Assembly (NCBI GenBank): GCA_030390025.1
Contig: JASTWF010000035.1
Location: forward strand, 1,736,001-1,800,000
Direction of reading: 5' to 3'
DNA from: Squalus acanthias
Taxonomy: Eukaryota
Length of the DNA: 64,000 nucleotides
The notes below the pieces were generated by a model that was given only the letters and a program-made list of their open reading frames with translations, did not search any database and was not told the origin of the DNA. Shown in pieces: positions 35,588 to 48,200 of the stretch; position 1 is the stretch's first letter, and each line of letters starts with the position of its first letter. Position numbers and translations under genes: made by a program.

Positions 35588-37915
35588 CATAGAAACATAG
35601 AAGATAGGAGCAGGAGTAGGCCATTCGGCCCCTCGAACCTGCTCCGCCATTTAATGAGATCATGGCTGATCATCCAAATTCAGTACCCTGTCCCTGCTTT
35701 CTCCCCATATCCCTTGATCCCTTTAGCCTTAAGAAATATATCTAACTCCTTCTTGAATATATTTAATGAATTGTCCTCAACTGCCTTCTGTGGTAGAGAA
35801 TTCCACAGGTTCACCACTCTCTGGTGAAGAAATTCCTCCTCATCTCAGTCCTAAATGGCTTACCCCTTATCCTTAGACTGTGACCCCTGGTTCTGGACTC
35901 CCCCGCCATCGGGAACATCCTTCCTTCATCTAGTCTGTCTAGTCCTGTTGGAATTTTATAAGTTTCAATGGGAGACCCTCTCATTCTTCTAAACTCGAGC
36001 GAATATAAGCCTAATCGACCCAATCTCTCTTAATATGTCATTCCTGCCATCCCAGGTATCAGTCTGGTGAATCTTCGCTGCACTCCCTCCATGGCAAGAA
36101 CATCCTTCCTCAGATAAGGCGACCAAAACGGCACACAATACTCAAGGTGTGGTCTCACCAAGGCCCTGTATAACTGCAGCAAGACATCCTTGCTCCTGTA
36201 CTCGAATCCTCTCGCTATGAAGGCCAACATACTATTTGCCTTCTTAACCGCCTGCTGCACCTGCATGCTTACTTCAGCGACTAGTGCACAAGGACACCCA
36301 GGTCTCGTTGCACTTCCCTTTTTCCCAATCTGTTGCCGTTCAGATAATAATCTGCCTTTCTGTTTTGGCCACTAAAGTGGATAACCTCGCATTTATCCAC
36401 ATTATACTGCATCTGCCATACATCTGCCCAATCACCCAACTTGTCCAAATCATACTGGAGTTTCTCTGCATCCTCCTCACAGCACCCGCGCCCACCAAGT
36501 TTTGTGTCATCTGCAAACTTGGAGATATTACATCTAGTTCCCTCGTCTAGATCATTAATATATATTGTGAATAACTCGGGTCCTAGCACCGATCCCTGCT
36601 GGTACCCCACTAGTCACTGCCTGCCACTCGGAAAAAGACCCGTTTATTCCAACTCTTTGCTTCCTGTCTGCCAACCAGTTCTCTATCCAAGTCAGTACCT
36701 TACCCCCAATCCCATGTGCTTTAACGTTGCCCGCTAATCTCTTATGCGGGACCTTATCGAAAGCCTACTGAAAGTCCAAATACACCACATCCACTGGTTC
36801 TCCCTTATCTATTCTACCAGTTACATCCTCAAAAAATTCCAGTAGATGAGTCAAGCATGATTTACCTTTTGTAAATCCATGTTGACTTTGTCCGATCCTG
36901 TCACTGTTTTCCAAGTGCTCTGCTATTACATCTTTTACAATGGACTCACTACCGATGTCAGGCTTACCAGTCTATAATTCCCCGTTTTTTCTCTACCACC
37001 TTTTTTAAATAGTGGGGTTACATTAGCTACCCTCCAATCCATGGGAACTGTTCCAGAGTCTATAGAATTTTGCAAGATGACCAGCAATGCATCTACTATT
37101 TCTAGGGCCACTTCCTTAAGTACCCTAGGATGTAGATTATCAGGCCCTGGGGATTTATCGGCCTTCAATCCCGTCAATTTCCCTAACACCATTTCCCTAC
37201 AAATACTGATTTCATTCAGGTCCTCCCTCTCATTAGACCCTATGTTCCCCGACATCTCTGGGAGGTTATTTGTGTCCTCCTTTGTGAAGACAGAACCAAA
37301 GTATGTATTTAATTGGTCTGCCATTTCTTTGTTCCCCATTATAATTTCCCCTGATTCTGACTGCAAGGGACCTACGCTTGACTTCACCAATCTTTTTCTC
37401 TTCACATATCTATAGAAGCTTTTACAGTCAGTTTTTATGTTCCCTGAAAGCTTACTGTCACACTCTATGGCCTACTCCTGCTCCTAGATTCTATGTTTCT
37501 ATGTTTCTATTTCCCCCCTCTTAATGAATCCCCTTGTCACCCGTTGCTGAATCCTAAACTGCTCCCAATCCTCAGGTTTGCTGCTTTTTCTGGCCAATTT
37601 ATATGTGCTCTCCTTGGATCTTATGCTATCCCTAATTTCCTTGTTAGCCACGGTTGAGTCACCTTTTTTGTTTTATTTTTATGCCAAACAGGGATGAACA
37701 AATTCTATAGTTCATCCATGCGATCTTTAAATGTTTGCCATTGCCTATCCACCGTCAACCCTTTAAGTAACACTCCCCAATCCATCCTAGCCAACTCGCG
37801 CCTCATACCATCGTAGTTTCTTTTATTTAACTTCAGGACCCTAGTCTCTGAGTCAACCACTTCACTCTCCATCTTAATGAAGAATTCTATCATATTATGA
37901 TCGCTCCTCCCCAAG
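35588..37915 (-). mobile_element. CR1 LINE, same subfamily as 12739-17521, 5'-truncated within APE
   Basis: Collinear and highly similar to 12739-15357. ORFs 35811-36610, 36935-37405 and 37705-37914. Confidence 0.92.
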
Positions 37916-38482
37916 GTTACCTCTAGACTTGACTATTCCAACGCACTCTTGGCTGACCTCTCACATTCTACTCTATGTAAACTTGAGGTCATCCAAAACT
38001 CGGCTGCCCGTGTCCTAACTCGCACCAAGTCCTGTTCACCCATCACCCCTGTGCTCGCTGACCTCCAATGGCTCCTGGTTAAGCAACGCCTCGATTTCAA
38101 AATTCTCATCCTTGTTTTCAAACCCCTCCATGGCCTCCCTATCTCTGTAATCTCCTTCAGCCCCACAACCCTCCCAAGATATCTGCGCTCCTCTAATTCT
38201 GCCCTCTTGAGCATCCCTGATTATAATCGCTCAACCATCGGTGGCCATGCCTTCAGCTGCCAAGGCCCTAAGCTCTGGAATTCCCTCCCTAAACCTCTCC
38301 GCCTCTCTACCTCTCTTTTCTCCTTTAAGACGCTCCTTAAAACCTACCTCTTTGACCAAGTTTTAGGTCATCTGCTCTAAATTTCTTCTTATGTGGTTCG
38401 GTGTCAAATTATAACACTCCTGTGAAGCGCCTTGGGACGTTTTACTACATTAAAGGTGCTATATAAACACAAGTTGTTGTTG
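37916..38482 (+). mobile_element. L2 LINE 3' fragment
   Basis: VTSRLDYSNALL..KLWNSLP..FKTLLKTYLF and tail AAGTTGTTGTTG. Homologous to 12163-12726. Confidence 0.9.
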
Positions 38483-39700
38483 TATCAAAAACAGCAGTGA
38501 TCCTCGTACTGAACCATGGAAACTCCACTGTATACTTCCCTCCAGTCCAAAAACAGCCATTCGCCACAACTCTCTGTTTTCTATCCCACAGCCAATTTTG
38601 TATCCATGCTGCTACTCCCCCTTTTATCCCATGGACTTCAATTTTGTGAACAAGCCTAATATGTGGTATTTCATCAAAAAGTCCATATACACAACATCAA
38701 CTGCACTGCCCTCATCCACCCTCTCTATTATCTCATAAAAAAACTCAATCTAGTTGGTCAAACATGATATGCCCTTAACAAATCCTTGCTGACTCGCCTT
38801 TATTAGTCCATGCTTGTCCAACTGGCTGTTAATTTTCTCCCGGATTATTGTTTCTAAAAACTTCCCCACCACCAATGTTAAACTGACTGGCTTGTAATTT
38901 CCAGGTTTATCCTTCTCCCCTTTTTTGAACAAGGGTGTAATAATTTGCAATCTTCCAGTCCTTTGGCACCATGCCTATATCTATGGAGGGTTGGAAGATT
39001 GTGGCCAACACCTCCACAATTTCTACCGTTACTTCCCTCCAGGATGCAGCCCATCTGGACCAAGTGACTTACCTACTTTAAGTACTGTCAACCTTCCTAT
39101 TACCTCCTCTTTATCTATTTTTATCTCATCCAGTATCCCGGCAACCTCCTCATTTACCATAGCTTTGGCAAAGTCTTCTTCCTTGGTAAACACCAATGCA
39201 AAGTACTCATTTAATACCTCAGACATGCCTTCTGCCTTCACCAATAGATCTTCTACTTTTTCCCGACTCCATAGTTCTTGCACCTCTCAGTAATTTCTTT
39301 GCAAATCTGGTTCTCTATCTCTTTCCCACTATTTTGTGTTCTATAAAATACACCAAGTAGCGCAATAGCTCCTTTATTGTTTCTCCAGTCCAACCAAATA
39401 GATTCTGTCTTTGACCCCCTCAAGGACAGTCTCTCTTTCTAGCACTGTAATATTTTCCTTAATCAAAACTAAGAACAGTCTCTCCTTCTAGCACTGTAAT
39501 ATTTTCCTTAATCAAAACTGCTACCCCTCCTCCTTTTTTTTCCTTCCCTATCTTTCCTGACCACATTGTACCCGGGAATATTAAGCATCGAATCCTCCCC
39601 TTTTTTCAGCCAGGTCTCTGTTATCGCCACTACATCATATTCCACGTGGCTATTTGCGCCTGCAACTCACCACCTTATTAACCACACTTTGTTCATTTAC
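38483..39700 (-). mobile_element. Decayed CR1 ORF2 fragment (RT N-terminal half and APE)
   Basis: NYKPVSLT, QQGFVKG and KSLGPDGLHP motifs. Internal 39-bp-scale duplication at about 39425-39520. Confidence 0.8.
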
Positions 39701-40291
39701 ACACATGCATTCCAAACCTAACTTAGACCTCTTTGTATTTTCTATGACCCACCTAATTCTGTATTATTACTTCCAAAAGGCATTTGATAAAGTGCCACAT
39801 AATAGGCTTGTCAGCAAAGTTGAAGCCCATGGAATAAAAGGGACAGTGGCTAAGTGACAGGAAACAGAGAGTAATGGTGAACGGTTGTTTTTCGAACTGG
39901 AGGAAGGTATACAGTGGTGTTCCCCAGGGGTCGGTACTAGGACCACTACTTTTCTTGATATATATCAATGACTTGGACTTGGGTGTACAGGGCACAATTT
40001 CAAAATTTGCAGATGACACAAAACTTAGAAGTATAGTGAACAGTGAGGAGGATAGTGATACAGGCAGGCTGGTGGAATGGGCGGACACATGACAGATGAA
40101 ATTTAACACAGAAAAGTGAGAAGTGATACATTTTGGTAGGAAGAATGAGGAGAGGCAATATAAACTAAAGGGTACAACTCTAAAGGGGCTGTATAAACAG
40201 AGAGACCTGTGTACAAATAATTGAAGGTGGCAGGGCAGGTTGAGAAAGTGGTTAAAAAAGCATACAGGATCCTGGGCTTCATAAATAGAGG

Positions 40292-40710
40292 TCATGATGC
40301 GGAGATGCCGGTGTTGGACTGGGGTGGACAAAATTGAGAGGTCGCACAACACCAGGTTATAGTCCAACAGTTTTATTTGAAATCACAAGCTTTCGGAGCT
40401 ATCGATTGCTCCTTCCTCAGGTGAAGTAAATTAGATACAGAATCGCCAAAGCATATATAGATAGAGAACAAAGCATGTGTACCTTACAATTGCAGACCAC
40501 TAAATTAAATCATCCTGACTAGGACTGGATGATTTAATTTAGTGGTCTGCAATTGTAAGGTACACATGCTTTGTTCTCTATCTATATATGCTTTGGCGAT
40601 TCTGTATCTAATTTACTTCACCTGAGGAAGGAGCAATCGATAGCTCCGAAAGCTTGTGATTTCAAATAAAACTGTTGGACTATAACCTGGTGTTGTGCGA
40701 CCTCTCAATT
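40292..40710 (-). mobile_element. Penelope-like element: inverted pseudo-LTR pair plus 39-nt tail
   Basis: Perfect inverted repeat 40331-40515 / 40527-40711 (185 bp). One-sided 39-nt extension 40292-40330. TSD TTCATAAATAGAGG at 40278-40291 and 40710-40723. Hammerhead motif in each arm. Confidence 0.85.
40618..40659 (+). ncRNA. Minimal type I hammerhead ribozyme motif (mirror copy at 40383-40424 on -)
   Basis: TCAC-CTGAGGA-AGGAGC-AATCGATA-GCTCC-GAAA-GC-TT-GTGA: stem I TCAC/GTGA, CUGAnGA core, stem II GGAGC/GCTCC, palindromic stem III AAGCTT. Confidence 0.82.
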
Positions 40711-41344
40711 TCATAAATAGAGGCATAGAGTATACAAGCAAGGAAGTTATGATGAACCTGTATAAAACACTGGTTTGGCCTTAACTGGAGTATTGTGTCC
40801 CATTCTGGGCACCGCACTTTAGGAAGGATGTGAAGGCCTTAGAGAGGTGCAAAAAAGATTTACTAGAATGGGTCCACGAATTAGGGACTTCAGTTACGTG
40901 GATAGACTAGAGAAGCTGGGGTTGTTCTCCTTAGAGCAGAGAAGATTGAGAGGAGATTTGATAGAAGTGTTCAAAATCATGAGGGGTCTAGACAGAGTAG
41001 ATAGAGAGAAACTGTTCCTATTGGCGGAAGGGTCGAGAACCAGAGGACACAGATTTACGGTGATTGGCAAAAGAACCAAAGGCGACATGAGGAAAAACAT
41101 GTTGATGTAGCGAGTGGTTAGGATCTGGAATGCATTGCTTGAAAGGGTGGTGGAGGCAGATTCAATCGTGGCTTTCAAAAAGGAATTGCATTAAGCACCT
41201 GAAGGAAAAAAAATTGCCGGGCTACGGGGAAAGGGCGGGAGAGTGGAACCAGCTGAAGTGCTCTTGCAGAGAACCGGCACGGGCTCGATGGGCTGAATGG
41301 CCTCCTTCTGTGCTGTAACCATTCTATGATTCTATGATTTCGAA

Positions 41345-42060
41345 CTCTGTCACCCCAGCCCTCTGTGCCCCTTGTTTCTGCTCTTCAATACTACTCCCCC
41401 TCCACTCACTGTACATTCTTCCTCTTTCTGTCATCGTACATTCTGACCCTTAGCTTTACATTCTGTCCCTGCCCTCATCAACCATTTTCCATTCTACTTG
41501 CCATGCATTTTGGCCTTTCATCTTTCCCATTTTTTCCCCTGCACATACCAACTATACCACCTTCATTTTGTGATGCATTTTGCTCCATCCCTTTACCAAT
41601 CATTTCTCTGTCCCCTTGGCATGATCTTTTCCCTCCTCAACTGTTTCCCCTTCCCCTGGCCAACCTTCCTCTTGGCAAAACCATTTTGTCCTCCCCTCAC
41701 CAAAAATTTCTCTTCTTTTTCCAAACATTCCCCTTTTTATTTCAACCATTCCCCTTTTATTTCCAACCATTCCCCTTTTATTTCCAACCATTCCCCTTTT
41801 TATTCCAGAAATTCCACTTTTGATTCGAACCATGCTGCTTCCATTTACAAACATTCACCCTTCCCTTTCCAACCATTCCCCTTCCCATTTTACCGTCACC
41901 TTCACAACATTCCCCTTTTCATTCAAACCATCACCTCTACCTCTTCCCTTTCAAACCATTCCCCCATCTCATTCCAACCATTCCCATTTTCCTTTCCAAT
42001 CATTCCCCCGTCCCTTTCCAACCATCCCCTTCTCATTTCATCCATTCCCCCTCCCATTTC
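41345..42060. repeat. CT-rich low-complexity region with a 21-bp tandem (TTCCAACCATTCCCCTTTTAT, about 3-4 copies at 41720-41805)
   Basis: Directly visible. Confidence 0.8.
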
Positions 42061-42282
42061 AAAGGACTCCACACAGCTCCTACCTGTCTGTTAGCTTATA
42101 AACAGGAGAGGCCCTACTCCTGTCAGTGCATTCCGTGCCCTAATGGCCTAGATTGGTACTTCAAAGTATATACAAGAACTCCTGTTATTGTGCTAATTGT
42201 ATAGGCAATGGCAATCACAGCCATTAGTGCTGGGAACAAACTAACACAAATACTGCGACTGTCTGGTGCGTATTCCCCCTGT

Positions 42283-45200
42283 CTCAAGGGGAGTGAGACT
42301 GTCCAGTGTGTAATCCATTGACTCAGGGGGAGTGGGACTGTCCAGTGTGTAATCCATTGACTCAGGGGGAGTGAGACTGTCCAGTGTGTAATCCATTGAC
42401 TCAGGGGGAGTGAGACTGTCCAGTGTGTAATCCATTGACTCAGGGGGAGTGAGACTGTCCAGTGTGTAATCCATTGACTCAGGGGGAGTGGGACTGTCCA
42501 GTGTGTAATCCATTGACTCAGGGGGAGTGAGACTGTCCAGTGTGTAATCCATTGACTCAGGGGGAGTGTGACTGTCCAGTGTGTAATCCATTGACTCAGG
42601 GGGAGTGAGACTGTCCAGTGTGTAATCCATTGACTCAGGGAGTGAGGGACTGTCCAGTGTGTAATCCATTGACTCAGGGGGAGTGAGACTGTCCAGTGTG
42701 TAATCCATTGATCAGGGGGAGTGAGACTGTCCAGTGTGTAATCCATTGACTCAGGGGGAGTGGACTGTCCAGTGTGTAATCCATTGACTCAGGGGGAGTG
42801 AGACTGTCCAGTGTGTAATCCATTGACTCAGGGGGAGTGAGACCTGTCCAGTGTGTAATCCATTGACTCAGGGGAGTGAGACTGTCCAGTGTGTAATCCA
42901 TTGACTCAGGGGGAGTGAGACTGTCCAGTGTGTAATCCTTGACTCAGGGGGAGTGAGACTGTCCAGTGTGTAATCCATTGACTCAGGGGGAGTGGGACTG
43001 TCCAGTGTGTAATCCATTGACTCAGGGGAGTGAGACTGTCCAGTGTGTAATCCATTGACTCAGGGGGAGTGAGACTGTCCAGTGTGTATCCATTGACTCA
43101 GGGGGAGTGGGACTGTCAGTGTGTAATCCATTGACTCAGGGGGAGTGAGACTGTCCAGTGTGTAATCCATTGACTCAGGGGGAGTGAGACTGTCCAGTGT
43201 GTAATCCATTGACTCAGGGGGAGTGAGACTGTCCAGTGTGTAATCCATTGACTCAGGGGGAGTGGGACTGTCCAGTGTGTAATCCATTGACTCAGGGGGA
43301 GTGAGACTGTCCAGTGTGTAATCCATTGACTCAGGGGAGTGGACTGTCCAGTGTGTAATCCATTGACTCAGGGGGAGTGGGACTGTCCAGTGTGTAATCC
43401 ATTGACTCAGGGGGGAGTGGACTGTCCTTGGTCCAGTGTGTAATCCATTGACTCAGGGGGAGTGAGACTGTCCAGTGTGTAATCCATTGACTCAGGGGGA
43501 GTGAGACTGTCCAGTGTGTAATCCATTGACTCAGGGGAGTGAGACTGTCCAGTGTGTAATCCATTGACTCAGGGGGAGTGAGACTGTCCAGTGTGTAATC
43601 CATTGACTCAGGGGAGTGAGACTGTCCAGTGTGTAATCCATTGACTCAGGGGGAGTGGGACTGTCCAGTGTGTAATCATTGACTCAGGGGGACTGAGACT
43701 GTCCAGTGTGTAATCCATTGACTCAGGGGGAGTGAGACTGTCCAGTGTGTAATCCATTGACTCAGGGGGAGTGAGACTGTCCAGTGTGTAATCCATTGAC
43801 TCAGGGGGAGTGAGACTGTCCAGTGTGTAATCCATTGACTCAGGGGGAGTGGGACTGTCCAGTGTGTAATCCATTGACTCAGGGGGAGTGAGACTGTCCA
43901 GTGTGTAATCCATTGACTCAGGGGGAGTGAGGACTGTCCAGTGTGTAATCCATTGACTCAGGGGGAGTGAGACTGTCCAGTGTGTAATCCATTGACTCAG
44001 GGGGAGTGAGACTGTCCAGTGTGTAATCCATTGACTCAGGGGGAGTGAGACTGTCCAGTGTGTAATCCATTGACTCAGGGGGAGTGAGACTGTCCAGTGT
44101 GTAATCCATTGACTCAGGGGAGTGAGACTGTCCAGTGTGTAATCCATTGACTCAGGGGGAGTGAGACTGTCCAGTGTGTAATCCATTGACTCAGGGGGAG
44201 TGAGACTGTCCAGTGTGTAATCCATTGACTCAGGGGGAGTGAGACTGTCCAGTGTGTAATCCATTGCTCAGGGGGAGTGGGACTGTCCAGTGTGTAATCC
44301 ATTGACTCAGGGGGAGTGAGACTGTCCAGTGTGTAATCCATTGACTCAGGGGAGTGAGACTGTCCAGTGTGTAATCCATTGACTCAGGGGGAGTGGACTG
44401 TCCAGTGTGTAATCCATTGACTCAGGGGGAGTGAGACTGTCCAGTGTGTAATCCATTGACTCAGGGGGAGTGAGACTGTCCCAGTGTGTAATCCATTGAC
44501 TCAGGGAGGAGTGGGACTGTCCAGTGTGTAATCCATTGACTCAGCGGGAGTGAGACTGTCCAGTGTGTAATCCATTGACTCAGGGGGACTGAGACTGTCC
44601 AGTGTGTAATCCATTGACTCAGGGGGAGTGAGACTGTCCAGTGTGTAATCATTGACTCAGGGGGAGTGGGACTGTCCAGTGTGTAATCCATTGACTCGAG
44701 ATCTGTCAGGTGTATCCATTGACTCAGGGGAGTGGACTGTCCAGTGTGTAATCCATTGACTCAGGGGGAGTGAGACTGGTCCAGTGTGTAATCCATTGAC
44801 TCCGGGGGAGCTGAGACTGTCCAGTGTGTAATCCATTGACTCAGGGGGAGTGAGACTGTCCAGTGTGGTAATCCATTGACTCCGGGGAGTGAGACTGTCC
44901 AGTGTGTAATCCATTGACTCAGGGGGAGCTGAGGACTGTCCAGTGTGTAATCCATTGACTCAGGGGGAGTGAGGACTGTCCAGTGTGTAATCCATTGACT
45001 CAGGGGGAGTGAGACTGTCCAGTGTGTAATCATTGACTCAGGGGGAGTGAGACTGTCCAGTGTGTAATCCATTGACTCAGGGGGAGTGAGACTGTCCAGT
45101 GTGTAATCCATTGACTCAGGGGGAGTGAGACTGTCCAGTGTGTAATCCATTGACTCAGGGGGAGTGAGACTGTCCAGTGTGTAATCCATTGACTCAGGGG

Positions 45201-48200
45201 GAGTGAGACTGTCCAGTGTGTAATCCATTGACTCAGGGGGAGTGAGACTGTCCAGTGTGTAATCCATTGACTCAGGGGGAGTGGGACTGTCCAGTGTGTA
45301 ATCCATTGACTCAGGGGGAGTGAGACTGTCCAGTGTGTAATCCATTGACTCAGGGGGAGTGAGACTGTCCAGTGTGTAATCCATTGACTCAGGGGGAGTG
45401 GGACTGTCCAGTGTGTAATCCATTGACTCAGGGGGAGTGGGACTGTCCAGTGTGTAATCCATTGACTCAGGGGGAGTGAGACTGTCCAGTGTGTAATCCA
45501 TTGACTCAGGGGGAGTGAGACTGTCCAGTGTGTAATCCATTGACTCAGGGGGAGTGAGACTGTCCAGTGTGTAATCCATTGACTCAGGGGGAGTGGGACT
45601 GTCCAGTGTGTAATCCATTGACTCAGGGGAGTGGGACTGTCCAGTGTGTAATCCATTGACTCAGGGGGAGTGAGACTGTCCAGTGTGTAATCCATTGACT
45701 CAGGGGAGTGGGGACTGTCCGTGTGTAATCCATTGACTAGGGGAGGGCTCAGGGGAGCCTCAGGGGGAGACTGTCCGTGGTGTAATCCTTGACTCAGGGG
45801 GAGTGAGACTGTCCAGTGTGTAATCCATTGACTCAGGGGGAGTGGAAGACTGTCCAGTGTGTAATCCATTGACTCAGGGGGAGTGAGGACTGTCCATGTG
45901 TAATCCATTGACTCAGGGGGAGTGAGACTGTCCAGTGTGTAATCCATTGACTCAGGGGAGTGAGACTGTCCAGTGTGTAATCCATTGACTCAGGGGACTG
46001 AGACTGTCCAGTGTGTAATCCATTGACTCAGGGGGATGTGGACTGTCCAGTGTGTATCCATTGACTCAGGGGAGTGAGACTGTCCAGTGTGTAATCCATT
46101 GACTCAGGGGGAGTGAGACTGTCCAGTGTGTAATCCATTGACTCAGGGGGAGTGGGACTGTCCAGTGTGTAATCCATTGACTCAGGGTAAGTGAGACTGT
46201 CCAGTGTGTAAACTATTGACTCAGGGGGAGTGAGACTGTCCAGTGTGTAATCCATTGACTCAGGGGGAGTGGGACTGTCCAGTGTGTAATCCATTGACTC
46301 AGGGGGAGTGGGACTGTCCAGTGTGTAATCCATTGACTCAGGGGGAGTGAGACTGTCCAGTGTGTAATCCATTGACTCAGGGGGAGTGAGACTGTCCAGT
46401 GTGTAATCCATTGACTCAGGGGAGTGAGACTGTCCAGTGTGTAATCCATTGACTCAGGGGGAGTGAGACTGTCCAGTGTGTAATCCATTGACTCAGGGGG
46501 AGTGAGACTGTCCAGTGTGTAATCCATTGACTCAGGGGGACTGAGACTGTCCAGTGTGTAATCCATTGACTCAGGGGGAGTGAGACTGTCCAGTGTGTAA
46601 TCCATTGACTCAGGGGGAGTGAGACTGTCCAGTGTGTAATCCATTGACTCAGGGGGAGTGAGACTGTCCAGTGTGTAATCCATTGACTCAGGGGAGTGAG
46701 ACTGTCCAGTGTGTAATCCATTGACTCAGGGGATTGAGACTGTCCAGTGTGTAATCATTGACTCAGGGGGAGTGGACTGTCCAGTGTGTAATCCATTGAC
46801 TCAGGGACTGAGACTGTCCAGTGTGTAATCCATTGACTCAGGGGGAGTGGGACTGTCCAGTGTGTAATCCATTGACTCAGGGGGAGTGGGACTGTCCAGT
46901 GTGTAATCCATTGACTCAGGGGGAGTGGGACTGTCCAGTGTGTAATCCATTGACTCAGGGGAGTGAGACTGTCCAGTGTGTAATCCATTGACTCAGGGGG
47001 AGTGGGACTGTCCAGTGTGTAATCCATTGACTCAGGGGGAGTGAGACTGTCCAGTGTGTAATCCATTGACTCAGGGGGAGTGAGACTGTCCAGTGTGTAA
47101 TCCATTGACTCAGGGGGAGTGAGACTGTCCAGTGTGTAATCCATTGACTCAGGGGGAGTGGGACTGTCCAGTGTGTAATCCATTGACTCAGGGGGAGTGA
47201 GACTGTCCAGTGTGTAATCCATTGACTCAGGGGGAGTGGGACTGTCCAGTGTGTAATCCATTGACTCAGGGGGAGTGAGACTGTCCAGTGTGTAATCCAT
47301 TGACTCAGGGGGAGTGGGACTGTCCAGTGTGTAATCCATTGACTCAGGGGGAGTGAGACTGTCCAGTGTGTAATCCATTGACTCAGGGGGAGTGGACTGT
47401 CCAGTGTGTAATCCATTGACTCAGGGGGAGTGAGACTGTCCAGTGTGTAATCCATTGACTCAGGGGGAGTGAGACTGTCCAGTGTGTAATCCATTGACTG
47501 AGGGGAGTGGGACTGTCCAGTGTGTAATCCATTGACTCAGGGGGAGTGGGACTGTCCAGTGTGTAATCCATTGACTCAGGGGGAGTGAGACTGTCCAGTG
47601 TGTAATCCATTGACTCAGGGGGAGTGGGACTGTCCAGTGTGTAATCCATTGACTCAGGGGAAGTGGACTGTCCAGTGTGTAATCCATTGACTCAGGGGGA
47701 GTGAGACTGTCCAGTGTGTAATCCATTGACTCAGGGGGAGTGGGACTGTCCAGTGTGTAATCCATTGACTCAGGGGGAGTGAGACTGTCCAGTGTGTAAT
47801 CCATTGACTCAGGGGGAGTGAGACTGTCCAGTGTGTAATCCATTGACTCAGGGGAGTGAGACTGTCCAGTGTGTAATCCATTGACTCAGGGGGAGTGAGA
47901 CTGTCCAGTGTGTAATCCATTGACTCAGGGGGAGTGAGACTGTCCAGTGTGTAATCCATTGACTCAGGGGGAGTGAGACTGTCCAGTGTGTAATCCATTG
48001 ACTCAGGGGGAGTGAGACTGTCCAGTGTGTAATCCATTGACTCAGGGGGAGTGGACTGTCCAGTGTGTAATCCATTGACTCAGGGGGAGTGAGACTGTCC
48101 AGTGTGTAATCCATTGACTCAGGGGGACGTGGACTGTCCAGTGTGTAATCCATTGACTCAGGGGGAGTGGGACTGTCCAGTGTGTAATCCATTGACTCAG

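Larger units (their letters stand above)
39768..41338 (+). mobile_element. CR1 LINE RT to 3' tail, interrupted by a Penelope-like palindrome
   Basis: [20 protein letters not shown] and FADDTK motifs, ORF 40847-41110, and (ATTCTATG)n tail. Confidence 0.9.
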
